Positions 1 to 8,917 of a DNA stretch of 64,000 bases are shown here, piece by piece (position 1 is the first letter of the stretch; each line of letters opens with the position of its first letter). The position numbers were made by a program, and so were the translations under genes. The notes under the pieces were generated by a model. That model was not told the DNA's origin. It saw nothing but the letters and a program-made list of their open reading frames with translations, and did no database searches. The stretch is from Vampirovibrionales bacterium. GTDB taxonomy: Bacteria; Cyanobacteriota; Vampirovibrionia; Vampirovibrionales; Vampirovibrionaceae. The stretch lies in the NCBI GenBank assembly GCA_035285165.1, contig JAYKHP010000018.1, forward strand, positions 81,486-145,485, in the 5' to 3' direction.

Positions 1-4
1 CAGC

Positions 5-976
5 ATGGCCACACGCCCCCTTTTCGGCGTCCTCAACATCCATAAGCCGCAGGGCCTGACCAGCCATGATGTCGTTGACCGCCTGCGCAAACTCTTCTCC
101 TTTAAGAAAATCGGCCACCTGGGCACGCTCGATCCGATGGCGACCGGCGTTTTACCGGTATGCTTCGGCCAGGCGACCCGCCTGATCGAATATTTCCCCT
201 CGGACAAGCAATACACCGCCCAAATCACGCTCGGAAAGACCACCGACACCCTGGATGCCGAAGGTGAAGTTCAAGAGAGCCGGGACACTTCCGGTGTCAC
301 GCAGGAAGCGATTGACCAGGCGCTTGAAAAATTCCGGGGCACTTATGACCAGGAGGTGCCACTGTATTCAGCGGTGCATCACCAGGGCAAGAAGCTTTAT
401 GAAATCGCCCGTGGCGGCAACGAGGCCGACACCGAAGCGGTGGAACTGCCCTACCGGCGCGTCACCATCAGCCGACTGGATCAACTTCTGGTTGACGGCC
501 TGGGCAATGACGGCATCAACACCCCAAACCCCGTTCTGATGGTTCAGGTGGCTTGCAGCAGCGGCACATATATTCGTTCGCTGGCAAGGGATATCGGCGA
601 GGCGTTGGGCTGCGGCGCCCACTTGTCGGGCCTGATCCGAACCCATCACGGCAGTTTCACGCTGCGTGACGCCATGACGCTTGAAGCGCTTGAAACAGAG
701 CTTAAAAAAGCCGAAAACGCAGGTAAATCGCCTCACTGCCTGCTGAACGAACCGGTCGCGTATCTTTCCATCCCCACGCTTCCTCTTAAGCTGCCGGATC
801 ACGCCAGAAGGCTGGCCAACGGGATGCAGATTCCTTATAACCCTTCTGAGCTTTGCGGGCCGGAGCTTTCAGGCAGGCATCTTTGCCTGGTCACCTGGAA
901 GGAGAACGTTCTGGGTGTGGCCCAGGCGCGCGAGAACCAGCTTAAGCCGGTCAAAATCTTCCAGGGCAACTCGTAA
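5..976 (+). CDS. truB: tRNA pseudouridine(55) synthase TruB
   Basis: N-terminus 'GVLNIHKPQGLTSHDVVDRLRK...GHLGTLDPMATGVLPVCFGQATR' is the canonical TruB catalytic motif (Asp in 'LDPMATG'). Full-length 323 aa ORF. Confidence 0.9.
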   Translation: MATRPLFGVLNIHKPQGLTSHDVVDRLRKLFSFKKIGHLGTLDPMATGVLPVCFGQATRLIEYFPSDKQYTAQITLGKTTDTLDAEGEVQESRDTSGVTQEAIDQALEKFRGTYDQEVPLYSAVHHQGKKLYEIARGGNEADTEAVELPYRRVTISRLDQLLVDGLGNDGINTPNPVLMVQVACSSGTYIRSLARDIGEALGCGAHLSGLIRTHHGSFTLRDAMTLEALETELKKAENAGKSPHCLLNEPVAYLSIPTLPLKLPDHARRLANGMQIPYNPSELCGPELSGRHLCLVTWKENVLGVAQARENQLKPVKIFQGNS

Positions 977-1222
977 GCGGGTATTTTTTCAAAGTTCACT
1001 AGCAACAAAATCCATAGACATGTTTTTATACATATAGAACACGATAATTGTGGTCTTATTGGGGATAAATGAGGCTGGCTAATCTCTTAAGATTTAAAGA
1101 ACGGCTCTGTTGTTTTTCGTATGGAAAGGCAAACGGACGCAGTTTTTTAAGCAAAGTTTTTAAGCCGGGTTTTTAAGATAGCCTTAGCGACGGCTTCAGG
1201 ATAGCAACTCGGGACATCAATC

Positions 1223-1519
1223 ATGAGTGATGGCGTCAGTTTGGGCGGCGATGGCGGACACTGGCAACCCATGAAAGGGTTACCACCCGTGGTGCCGGAC
1301 AATAAGGGGCGCCCGCCCTGGGATCCCGCGCGCTTGATGGAAGCACCGAAAAAAGATGACTTTTACCTGACCGGCAAGGCAACGGATTTTTCAGCCGATT
1401 CGTCTCACGGGGTGCATGAAAAAACGGGACTCCAGAAAATCGGGGACTGGTTCAAGAAGGCGTGGCATTTTATTCTCAACGGCCCAAACGCGCATTATGA
1501 CGAGAATAACAAGCATTAA
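1223..1519 (+). CDS. hypothetical small protein (98 aa)
   Basis: ATG-initiated ORF in a GC-typical region. It overlaps a competing minus-strand ORF (1391..1825), so which one is real cannot be resolved from sequence. Confidence 0.35.
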   Translation: MSDGVSLGGDGGHWQPMKGLPPVVPDNKGRPPWDPARLMEAPKKDDFYLTGKATDFSADSSHGVHEKTGLQKIGDWFKKAWHFILNGPNAHYDENNKH

Positions 1520-1921
1520 CGAAAACGCATCCATATTTCTTCTCAATTTTTTCTCACTATAGGGGCGCAACAAAATCAGGGGATCTGGTTTATTACTAGC
1601 AAGCGCAATGAACGCAAACACGGCAATGTTATCAAATCCGTAAAAAAACGATAGCAACAAAAAATATGGTTTTGATTTAATATGCATGACGGGCACATCA
1701 TCGCCATCGTCAATCGGGAAAAAATAAACGCCAACCAGAGAAATCTCATACTCGTTTCCACGCATGTGTTCCAAGCTTTCAGGCGATAGGCCACCGGGAA
1801 AACACCAATCCGGCGCAGGACTCAAGAAGTTTTGTAACGGGAATGGCTGAAAAAGATTAAATTCAACGCATTTAAGTAGTACAAAGATTTCAATTCAACA
1901 TAATCGGAGGATCATCCACCC

Positions 1922-3511
1922 ATGTCATCGACTTCACCACTTGGGCAAAACCAACAACTTTCACCGGCTGAGCAGCAATTGTTGCAGCAGCTGATCAGTG
2001 CGTCGGGCAGCTTTGACCCAGGTGCCGCGGCGCAGCAGCCGAATCCTTATGCGACGCAGACGCCGTATGCCGATTTGACCCCGCAGGATGTGGCCGCGTT
2101 CAACACGGCAGCCGCAGCGGGCGGCGCTCCGCAAGCCCAGCCGGGCGGTGCGATGCCAGGTGCTGCAATGGATCCTTCCGTTATGGATCCCTCGGCGATG
2201 ATGGCCTTTGACCCGTCGGCGATGGGTGCTGAAGTCCCAGCCCCGCAACAAGGCGGCGGCGGCGGTAAAGTAGCAGCCGGAGTTGGCGCTGGCCTTTTAG
2301 GTACTTGGGCACTGGCCAGTACTATCGCAACTCATCGCGTCAGCGGGGCTATTGCAACAGATTTAGCCAAAACAATGAAAGCGAAGCTGGTCATCAATCC
2401 TTGGAACGCTTTGAAAGCGACTTTCAGCAAAGACGCTGCCGAAACATTCGCCAAAGATAAAGAGAACTTCTTGAAACCTATCAAAAATGCTGCTGACGAT
2501 GCCGCCGAAGGCGTTCAAGGTATTGAACGTGCCAACCTTCAGGAAATGCTTCGATATCATAAAGACGATATGCAAGCTGCATTGAAAAAATATATTGATG
2601 GTGATGACAAAGCACTCGATACCTTACTCACTAAAACAACTGGTTTTGGTGAGGGAAGTGATCTTGGCAATATGCGGTTGTACTTAAAATTAGCCCAAAT
2701 AATTCGAGGCAATCAGAAAACTGACACCGATGTTTCAAAAGCTGCCCTTCAAGCATTACATGATGGCTTGACTGATACAGGTGCAGCTGGCCGTGCTTAT
2801 GATCTGGGCGCCAACTTGGCAAACGCACTGGCTTACAAAAATGGTGGTTCTCTGATTGGTAACCCAACCCAGAAATACTTATCTGCTCTTTATGAGAGTG
2901 ACCTTAATCACGGTATATTCGCGCAAATTGTTTCGGCTAAAGGTGAAATCACTGAAGACGCTTTAAGAACAGCTATTCAGACTGCTGCTAAAGCTAATAT
3001 TGATGATTTAGTTAAGTTAAAAGCAATACTTAACGAATTACCTGACGGTGCGCCGCTTAAATCACTTGCTGATTATGTTCCAAAAATCCAAGCGGCAGGC
3101 ACTGCCCAAGCAGGCTTGAAGGCAGATTTGGCGCACGTCATTGATAAACCGGATGACGCAGCTATCAAACGTTTGGCTAGTTTTGTAAGGGCTCACGAAA
3201 ATGGCTTGGCTTCTATATTAGAAACCGCCGTGAATGAAGCCAGAACTACTACGGGAGTTAGTAATAGTGCTTTGGAAAAGCTCCATAAATTTACTGAAGC
3301 TGAACGTAAGGCTGATCCTAACTCACCAATCATCCAGCTGGTAGATGAGGCTGTTGCAAAAATCAAGGCTTCACCTGATCCGGTTCTGAGAGACCCTGGC
3401 CTGTTGCAAGTTGAACAAAAAATCCAAGCCTTGAAGGATGGTGCCTACTCTCAACGCGGTTACTCACAATCAGTATTCGGTACCGATGGCCACACATTAA
3501 CCTGGAACTAA
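1922..3511 (+). CDS. hypothetical protein with Q/A/P-rich N-terminus, DPS(V/A)M repeats and one hydrophobic segment
   Basis: 529-aa ORF with an ATG start. It has a low-complexity N-terminal ~110 aa, a Gly-run followed by a TM-like segment, then an alpha-helical-looking body. No recognisable family. Confidence 0.6.
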   Translation: MSSTSPLGQNQQLSPAEQQLLQQLISASGSFDPGAAAQQPNPYATQTPYADLTPQDVAAFNTAAAAGGAPQAQPGGAMPGAAMDPSVMDPSAMMAFDPSAMGAEVPAPQQGGGGGKVAAGVGAGLLGTWALASTIATHRVSGAIATDLAKTMKAKLVINPWNALKATFSKDAAETFAKDKENFLKPIKNAADDAAEGVQGIERANLQEMLRYHKDDMQAALKKYIDGDDKALDTLLTKTTGFGEGSDLGNMRLYLKLAQIIRGNQKTDTDVSKAALQALHDGLTDTGAAGRAYDLGANLANALAYKNGGSLIGNPTQKYLSALYESDLNHGIFAQIVSAKGEITEDALRTAIQTAAKANIDDLVKLKAILNELPDGAPLKSLADYVPKIQAAGTAQAGLKADLAHVIDKPDDAAIKRLASFVRAHENGLASILETAVNEARTTTGVSNSALEKLHKFTEAERKADPNSPIIQLVDEAVAKIKASPDPVLRDPGLLQVEQKIQALKDGAYSQRGYSQSVFGTDGHTLTWN

Positions 3512-3523
3512 ACACTTTATGTT

Positions 3524-3558
3524 CACCAAGCCCCTCATGCTATATCAGGGGCTTGGTG
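3524..3558 (+). terminator. stem-loop downstream of the 1922..3511 gene (terminator candidate)
   Basis: 'CACCAAGCCCCT catgctatat cAGGGGCTTGGTG' forms a 12-13 bp perfect stem 13 nt after the stop codon. There is no clear U-tract. Confidence 0.4.
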
Positions 3559-3704
3559 CTTCATAAACCTTCACCAGCATTCAGATTTATATTCTTTGAT
3601 AGTGTGCATGGCGTTCAAAGCTTAAATTGGTTTTTGGTAGCTATTTGCATCTCACTATCCTGAAGGGGTAACACTTTTAAAAGCTTATCGGAGAATGCCT
3701 TACT

Positions 3705-4859
3705 ATGTCTTTAGGATCACAACCGGCCGCCGGCACGCCAGTGCAACAAATGCCTTTTTCTCCTTCCACAGATGCGGCAACCTCTAGCACTAACTCACCC
3801 TATTCCAGCCCTATTGTTGCCGACCCGTTCGCCAGCAATGACTCTGTTTCCCTTGGAGAAAAGAAAAAACGTCCATGGGGCGCAATTATCGGGGGCAGTA
3901 CGTTAGCGACGCTGGCTGTTCTTGCAGGTGTGGCAAGGCATAATACCAAGCCAATTCGGGAAGCGGGTGGTGAACTTGCTGAAAAAATTAAGTGGTATGA
4001 CCTAAGAAACGCTTTTTCAGGCGAGGCAAAAATCAAGGCTCGCTATGCGCCGGAAGCTGAAAAAACGGTACCTGAAGCGGGCGAGACGGTTGAAAAAGCT
4101 GCGGATACAGTTTCAGCTCCTACTGTACAAACATTACCCGAAGTACCATACGGCCTGCGTACACTAAGATTAGCCACAAGCCAAGGGATCCAGCCCGAAA
4201 GTCTGGCAGATGTTTTAACACACGCTCGTTTACCGCAAACTGCAAGCCCTGTTCAAATCGCACAGGCTTTAGGTTTACCGGCTAACCCCAGCGCCACTGC
4301 CATTTCGCATAAACTTAGAATTATCCCTAACCTGGATTTCCGCGCCGGTTTAGTGGACGACCTGTTATCCAGGTTTGGACATAACACTGACACAATTGCT
4401 GTTCAGACTCGACTGGAAAAAAGTAATTTACCTATGCTTCCCAAATGGACACAAAATCTTGCCGACGGCGAGCAGTTGGTTCGTATTGAGCATAATGGTT
4501 ATGCTTTCTGGGCAACAAAGACCGATATCGAATCAGGCAAGGCGTTTAACTACCGAAATACCGCTAAAAAATTCAGCCATCAGGATATTACATTGAACGC
4601 TGGTGACAAATTCCCAATCATAGAAAATAGTCCACAACCCAAAATAGTTGGGGAATATACAGTCCCAGCCTCTACATCGGCACCACCCAGCGGTGGAAGT
4701 TCCGGGCCAACCGGTGGCGCTTTTACGGGCCCAGGGGGAAGAGCAGCAGGGCCAGGTACACCACCAGCGCCTGCTTCTTCTGGACGAGAAAGAGTTGCTG
4801 ACGCTATAAAAGATATTCCTGGACTTGGATGGCTAGCAAGACGGCTGAGAAATTCTTGA
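3705..4859 (+). CDS. hypothetical membrane-anchored protein with G/P-rich C-terminal tail
   Basis: 384-aa ORF. It has an S/T/P-rich N-terminus, one TM segment ('AIIGGSTLATLAVLAGVA'), and a C-terminal PSGGSSGPTGG low-complexity region. Confidence 0.55.
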   Translation: MSLGSQPAAGTPVQQMPFSPSTDAATSSTNSPYSSPIVADPFASNDSVSLGEKKKRPWGAIIGGSTLATLAVLAGVARHNTKPIREAGGELAEKIKWYDLRNAFSGEAKIKARYAPEAEKTVPEAGETVEKAADTVSAPTVQTLPEVPYGLRTLRLATSQGIQPESLADVLTHARLPQTASPVQIAQALGLPANPSATAISHKLRIIPNLDFRAGLVDDLLSRFGHNTDTIAVQTRLEKSNLPMLPKWTQNLADGEQLVRIEHNGYAFWATKTDIESGKAFNYRNTAKKFSHQDITLNAGDKFPIIENSPQPKIVGEYTVPASTSAPPSGGSSGPTGGAFTGPGGRAAGPGTPPAPASSGRERVADAIKDIPGLGWLARRLRNS

Positions 4860-4959
4860 GCTAAATCGATTACCAAACTCAGCCATCATGATTGATGAAT
4901 AAAAGGGGACTTAGGTTTTGAGTTTTTAAGCCTATTATCGAGGGGTTTTAACGGGGAAC

Positions 4960-5397
4960 ATGCTACCGAATAACATCAACATCCAGGACGTTTACGCCTC
5001 CGCGGCGATGGGTATTCCCGTCACGCCAGGGTTGGGACGCGGCTATGGCTTTGGATACGGCGGGCATTACGGCGCATACCCGCCCCATTACGACACCTAC
5101 AACGGCAAACACGGCAAGCGGCACGATACGATTGCCAGCACCGCCTTGAAACTGTCGCTCGCCATTTTGGGCGCGGGCGCAACCGTTGCGTTACTGACGC
5201 TGGCCACCCGCAACGGGAAAATCAAGGCCCCTCAAACCGGCTTCCTGGCCAGATGGCGGGCCAATCGTCTGGGAATGCCCGATGGGCCTCCAGCGGCTGC
5301 CAGCAGCCTGAGTACGCACGCAGCAGCTTCCGTGGCAACACCCCAACCGGGCATCTTCTCCCGCATAGGCAGCACCATCAGCCGGGCGCTTCGCTAA
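4960..5397 (+). CDS. hypothetical Gly/Tyr-rich protein with one TM segment
   Basis: 145-aa ORF with a 'GRGYGFGYGGHYGAYPPHYDTYNGKHGKRH' region and a hydrophobic stretch. Confidence 0.45.
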   Translation: MLPNNINIQDVYASAAMGIPVTPGLGRGYGFGYGGHYGAYPPHYDTYNGKHGKRHDTIASTALKLSLAILGAGATVALLTLATRNGKIKAPQTGFLARWRANRLGMPDGPPAAASSLSTHAAASVATPQPGIFSRIGSTISRALR

Positions 5398-5420
5398 AAC
5401 GGCAGCAAGCTTATCTGCTT

Positions 5421-5537
5421 CGTCATTCCCGCTTGCGCGGGAATCTCCCTAGTTGGGAACAAGCTTTGAAATTAAGAGAATCCTAATGAATACGGTGATA
5501 AGCAGCCGGGGAGATTCCCGCTTGCGCGGGAATGACG
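5421..5537. repeat. MITE/REP-like element built from a 28-bp inverted pair
   Basis: 5421..5448 is 'CGTCATTCCCGCTTGCGCGGGAATCTCC' and 5510..5537 is 'GGAGATTCCCGCTTGCGCGGGAATGACG'. The two are in inverted orientation. Each contains an internal hairpin ATTCCCGC-ttgc-GCGGGAAT. The element sits between the convergent 4960 (+) and guaB (-) genes. Confidence 0.6.
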
Positions 5538-5578
5538 GGCTTGTTTGATTCGCAACAGAGGTTAATGAGTAACACGCT

Positions 5579-7123
5579 CTAAATCACCGATTTTTCGTAG
5601 GTGTACAGGTTATGGACGCCACCCTCTTTCTGAGCCGCGTTGGTGCGCAGCTCAAAGCGCAGTTGCCCCTCGTATAGTGCGTTTTGAAGAGCCGACAGCG
5701 AAGAAACGCCGATATCCTGCAAGCCGTGGCGCAAACCCTGAACTAAATAAGGCACGTAGCGCTGGATAGAGCCTTTATCCACCACGGCGCCCGAAACCCC
5801 CTGGGCAACGCGAATCTTGTCGGACTCGCTAAAGTAACGGCTGGCGCTGCCCTTAACCATCGCCTCAATCGAGCCCATCCCCCTGTATTTCTTCAGACGG
5901 ATACCATCCTTATAGAAGTACTCACCGGGCGCCTCTTCAGTTCCCGCGAGCATCGAGCCCATCATCACCATTGACGCGCCAAGCGAGAGCGCCTTGATAA
6001 TATGGCCTATCGTAGACACCCCGCCATCAGCAATGACCGGAATGCCCATCTGCCGGGCGTAGCGCGCCGCCTGGTAAACGGCGGTAGCCTGCGGACGACC
6101 GACCGCCATCACTTCCTGGGTGGTGCAGATAGAGCCAACGCCCATCCCGATTCTAAGGCCGTCAACCCCTGCGGCAATCAGGTTTTTCGCCTGCGAGGCC
6201 GTGACGATATTGCCGCCGACAATATCCACCTGAGGATGATTGATCTTGAGAAACTCGATCATCCCCAACTGGTATAACGAATCGCCTTGCGAGGAATCGA
6301 TAATAAGCAGATCAACGCCCGCTTCCACTAGGGCCGTTGCCCGCTCGCGATCCACTTCGCGGGTGCCGATGGCGGCGCCCACCAGCAACTGCTTGTTAAC
6401 AGCACTCTTGGAGGCCAGCGGAAAGTCGCGGTTCTTCTTTAAATCGTTTCTGGAAATCAGGGCCACCAGATTGCCGTTCTTATCGACAATGGGCAGCTTG
6501 CCCTTTTTGCTGTCCTTGAGGATTGTATTGGCTTCTTCGAGGGTACAGCCCTCGGGGGCCGTCACCAGCTCCGTGGTCATCACCGATGAGAGCGGCTGGC
6601 TGCGATCACGCAAGAAGTCAATGTCGCGGCTGGTGACAATCCCCAGCAGGCGGGAGTTCATCTTGCCGTTTTCCGTCACCGGAATCCCTGTAAAACCATA
6701 GCGCGACTTCAACTGGTCAACATCGGCAATGGTGTGCGACGGGGAAAGCGTTATGGGATCAGTGATAAAGCCGTTTTTATAGCGTTTAACCTTTAAAACT
6801 TCTTCCTGCTGCTCGGCAATGCTGTTGTTGTAGTGGATAATGCCAATGCCGCCTTGAAGCGCCATATTAATGGCCATCTGGGCCTCGGTAACGGTGTCCA
6901 TCGGAGAACTCACCAGCGGAATTTTCAGGCTGATGTTGCGCGAGATTCTCGTATCAAGCGTTACGGCGTCGGCATCAAAATCGATATGCCCCGGCAAGAG
7001 AATAAAATCGTCATAGGTATAACCGGTTCCCTTGTCAAACAGCTCTTCGGCGCTCAGGCCATCCGGCGGCGGCGTGTAACGACCCGGTTCAAGCGCATTG
7101 GGAAGTTCGGTGTCGGCGGTCAT
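5579..7123 (-). CDS. guaB: inosine-5'-monophosphate dehydrogenase (eukaryotic-type N- and C-termini)
   Basis: 514 aa. The catalytic region '[24 protein letters not shown]' carries the active-site Cys loop. Both CBS and barrel regions are present. N-terminus 'DGLSAEELF...[15 protein letters not shown]' and C-terminus '[18 protein letters not shown]' resemble eukaryotic IMPDH rather than E. coli-type GuaB. Confidence 0.9.
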   Translation of the reverse strand: MTADTELPNALEPGRYTPPPDGLSAEELFDKGTGYTYDDFILLPGHIDFDADAVTLDTRISRNISLKIPLVSSPMDTVTEAQMAINMALQGGIGIIHYNNSIAEQQEEVLKVKRYKNGFITDPITLSPSHTIADVDQLKSRYGFTGIPVTENGKMNSRLLGIVTSRDIDFLRDRSQPLSSVMTTELVTAPEGCTLEEANTILKDSKKGKLPIVDKNGNLVALISRNDLKKNRDFPLASKSAVNKQLLVGAAIGTREVDRERATALVEAGVDLLIIDSSQGDSLYQLGMIEFLKINHPQVDIVGGNIVTASQAKNLIAAGVDGLRIGMGVGSICTTQEVMAVGRPQATAVYQAARYARQMGIPVIADGGVSTIGHIIKALSLGASMVMMGSMLAGTEEAPGEYFYKDGIRLKKYRGMGSIEAMVKGSASRYFSESDKIRVAQGVSGAVVDKGSIQRYVPYLVQGLRHGLQDIGVSSLSALQNALYEGQLRFELRTNAAQKEGGVHNLYTYEKSVI

Positions 7124-7400
7124 CGGAACAAGTCTCCTGTTGGCCTTTATATCTGTTTTAGGGGCGCCTGAACTGGCTATAAAAGAAACTCAAAGCGCAT
7201 AATGCCAGTAAAAACAGCTCAAGCTGGCTGATTGCCTGAAAGTTATAACTGACAAGCCCTATCATACTCTGCCCGAATACCTGGTTCAAGTTTTGACAAG
7301 CAGACGATTTTTGTAACGGGGATTCGAGCTTTTGGCGGCATTCAAGGCATCTTTTGGGTAAAATCCTGTTATTAATGGAATTGATGGAGACAGGCCAGCC

Positions 7401-8885
7401 GTGACAAGCACCCTGACAGAGAGCATGCAAGAACAGAACAAACTGGGGACATCCAATACCCGAACCGAAAAAGATTCTCTTGGAACGAAAGAGGTTCCGG
7501 CTGAGGCTTATTACGGCATCCAGGCGCTGCGGGGACATGAGAATTTCCCGATTTCAGGCATGCGGGCCAAGCAAGCCTACCCGACGCTGATCAAAGCGTT
7601 TGGATGGGTGAAGAAAGCAGCCGCCAAGACCAATATGGATTTGGGCCTTCTCGATAAAGACGATGCCGCCAATAATAAGGCGATTGGCGAGGCGATCATG
7701 CGTGCCGCCGACGAGATGATTGCGGGCCAGTTCGATGACGAGTTCATCGTGGATGTTTACCAGGGCGGCACCGGCACGTCCAACCATATGAACGCCAACG
7801 AGATTCTCGCCAACCGCGCGACGGAAATTTTAGGTGGTAAAAAGGGCGAATATAAAGTCCATCCCAACGACCACAGCAACTACGGCCAGTCCACCAACGA
7901 CGTGACGCCCACCGTCATGCGCCTGACGTTTCTGGCAATGCATGGTCCGCTGATGGCATCGCTCCGCACGTTTGAAACCGCGCTTCGCAAAAAATCCGAA
8001 GAGTACAAAACATTTTTGATTCCGGGCAGAACCCATATGCAGGATGCCGTTCCACTGACGCTGGGGCAAGTGTTCGGCGCATACGCAAACGCCATCGAGG
8101 ACGCGGCGGACAACGTCGATTACGCCAGCAAAAAATTGTACTTTATTGGCCTTGGCGCCTCGGCATTGGGAACGGGCATCAACACCCATCCGAAATACCG
8201 CGAGCTGGTGACCAAGAACCTGGCTGAATTTAGCGGATTTGCACTCCACCAGGCGCGCGACTACTTCCAGGCCACCAGCTCTTTTGGCTTGTTCGGGGAT
8301 TATTCAGCGGCACTAAGAAGCGTTGCGCTGGAGCTTGAAAAAATCGCTCATGACATCAAGCTGTATTCGATGGGCCCCAAGACAGGCCTGGCTGAAATCA
8401 GCATTCCCGACTGGCAACCCGGCTCGTCGATTATGCCCGGCAAAGTCAACCCGATTTATCCCGAGCTGATGGATCAATTGTCCTATATCGTTCAGGGCAA
8501 TGACCACACCATTTCGCTCTGCGTTCAAAACGGCCAGTTACAGCTCAACGTGATGATGCCAACGATTCTCTTAAAAATGACCGAGTCGCAGCGGATTCTG
8601 ACAAACGCGCTGCCGGTGTTCTCTGAAAAACTGATCGCCGGTGTGGTCGCCAACGCCGAAATTTGCCAATACCGGCTGGAGAACAGCGCGCAGATGGTGA
8701 CGGCGCTAAACCCCGTGATTGGCTATGAACAGGCAGCGCTGGTGGCCAAAAAAGTGAACAAGGAAGGCAAGTCGGTTCCCGATGCCGTCATTGAACTGGG
8801 TATTAAGGATCACAAGGGCAATCTTGTAACCCGCGAAACCCTGGCCCAGATTCTCTCGGCGGAAAATATGACCGAGCCCAAATAA
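7401..8885 (+). CDS. aspA: aspartate ammonia-lyase (fumarate lyase superfamily)
   Basis: The signature 'GSSIMPGKVNP' is present. N-terminal 'DSLGTKEVPAEAYYGIQALRGHENFPIS' matches the aspartase pattern (AYYG) rather than fumarase C. The start is a GTG at 7401, and an ATG at ~7425 is an alternative. Confidence 0.75.
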   Translation: MTSTLTESMQEQNKLGTSNTRTEKDSLGTKEVPAEAYYGIQALRGHENFPISGMRAKQAYPTLIKAFGWVKKAAAKTNMDLGLLDKDDAANNKAIGEAIMRAADEMIAGQFDDEFIVDVYQGGTGTSNHMNANEILANRATEILGGKKGEYKVHPNDHSNYGQSTNDVTPTVMRLTFLAMHGPLMASLRTFETALRKKSEEYKTFLIPGRTHMQDAVPLTLGQVFGAYANAIEDAADNVDYASKKLYFIGLGASALGTGINTHPKYRELVTKNLAEFSGFALHQARDYFQATSSFGLFGDYSAALRSVALELEKIAHDIKLYSMGPKTGLAEISIPDWQPGSSIMPGKVNPIYPELMDQLSYIVQGNDHTISLCVQNGQLQLNVMMPTILLKMTESQRILTNALPVFSEKLIAGVVANAEICQYRLENSAQMVTALNPVIGYEQAALVAKKVNKEGKSVPDAVIELGIKDHKGNLVTRETLAQILSAENMTEPK

Positions 8886-8917
8886 AAGCTGCGGCAGAAT
8901 AAAGTTCAGGAATCGCC

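Noticed and set aside
1391-1825. 144-aa minus-strand ORF overlapping the 3' end of the 1223..1519 plus-strand ORF
   Set aside because: The two ORFs overlap by ~130 bp and neither has recognisable similarity. The minus ORF lies largely in an AT-rich stretch. I cannot tell which one is real, if either. I list the plus ORF at low confidence only.
5421-5537. Interpreting the ATTCCC-N8-GGGAAT repeats as evidence that the organism is Neisseria
   Set aside because: Only the repeat architecture matches dRS3. No DNA uptake sequence (GCCGTCTGAA) is present, and the gene order (tandem clpP, RpaB-like regulator, split transketolase) does not fit Neisseria.
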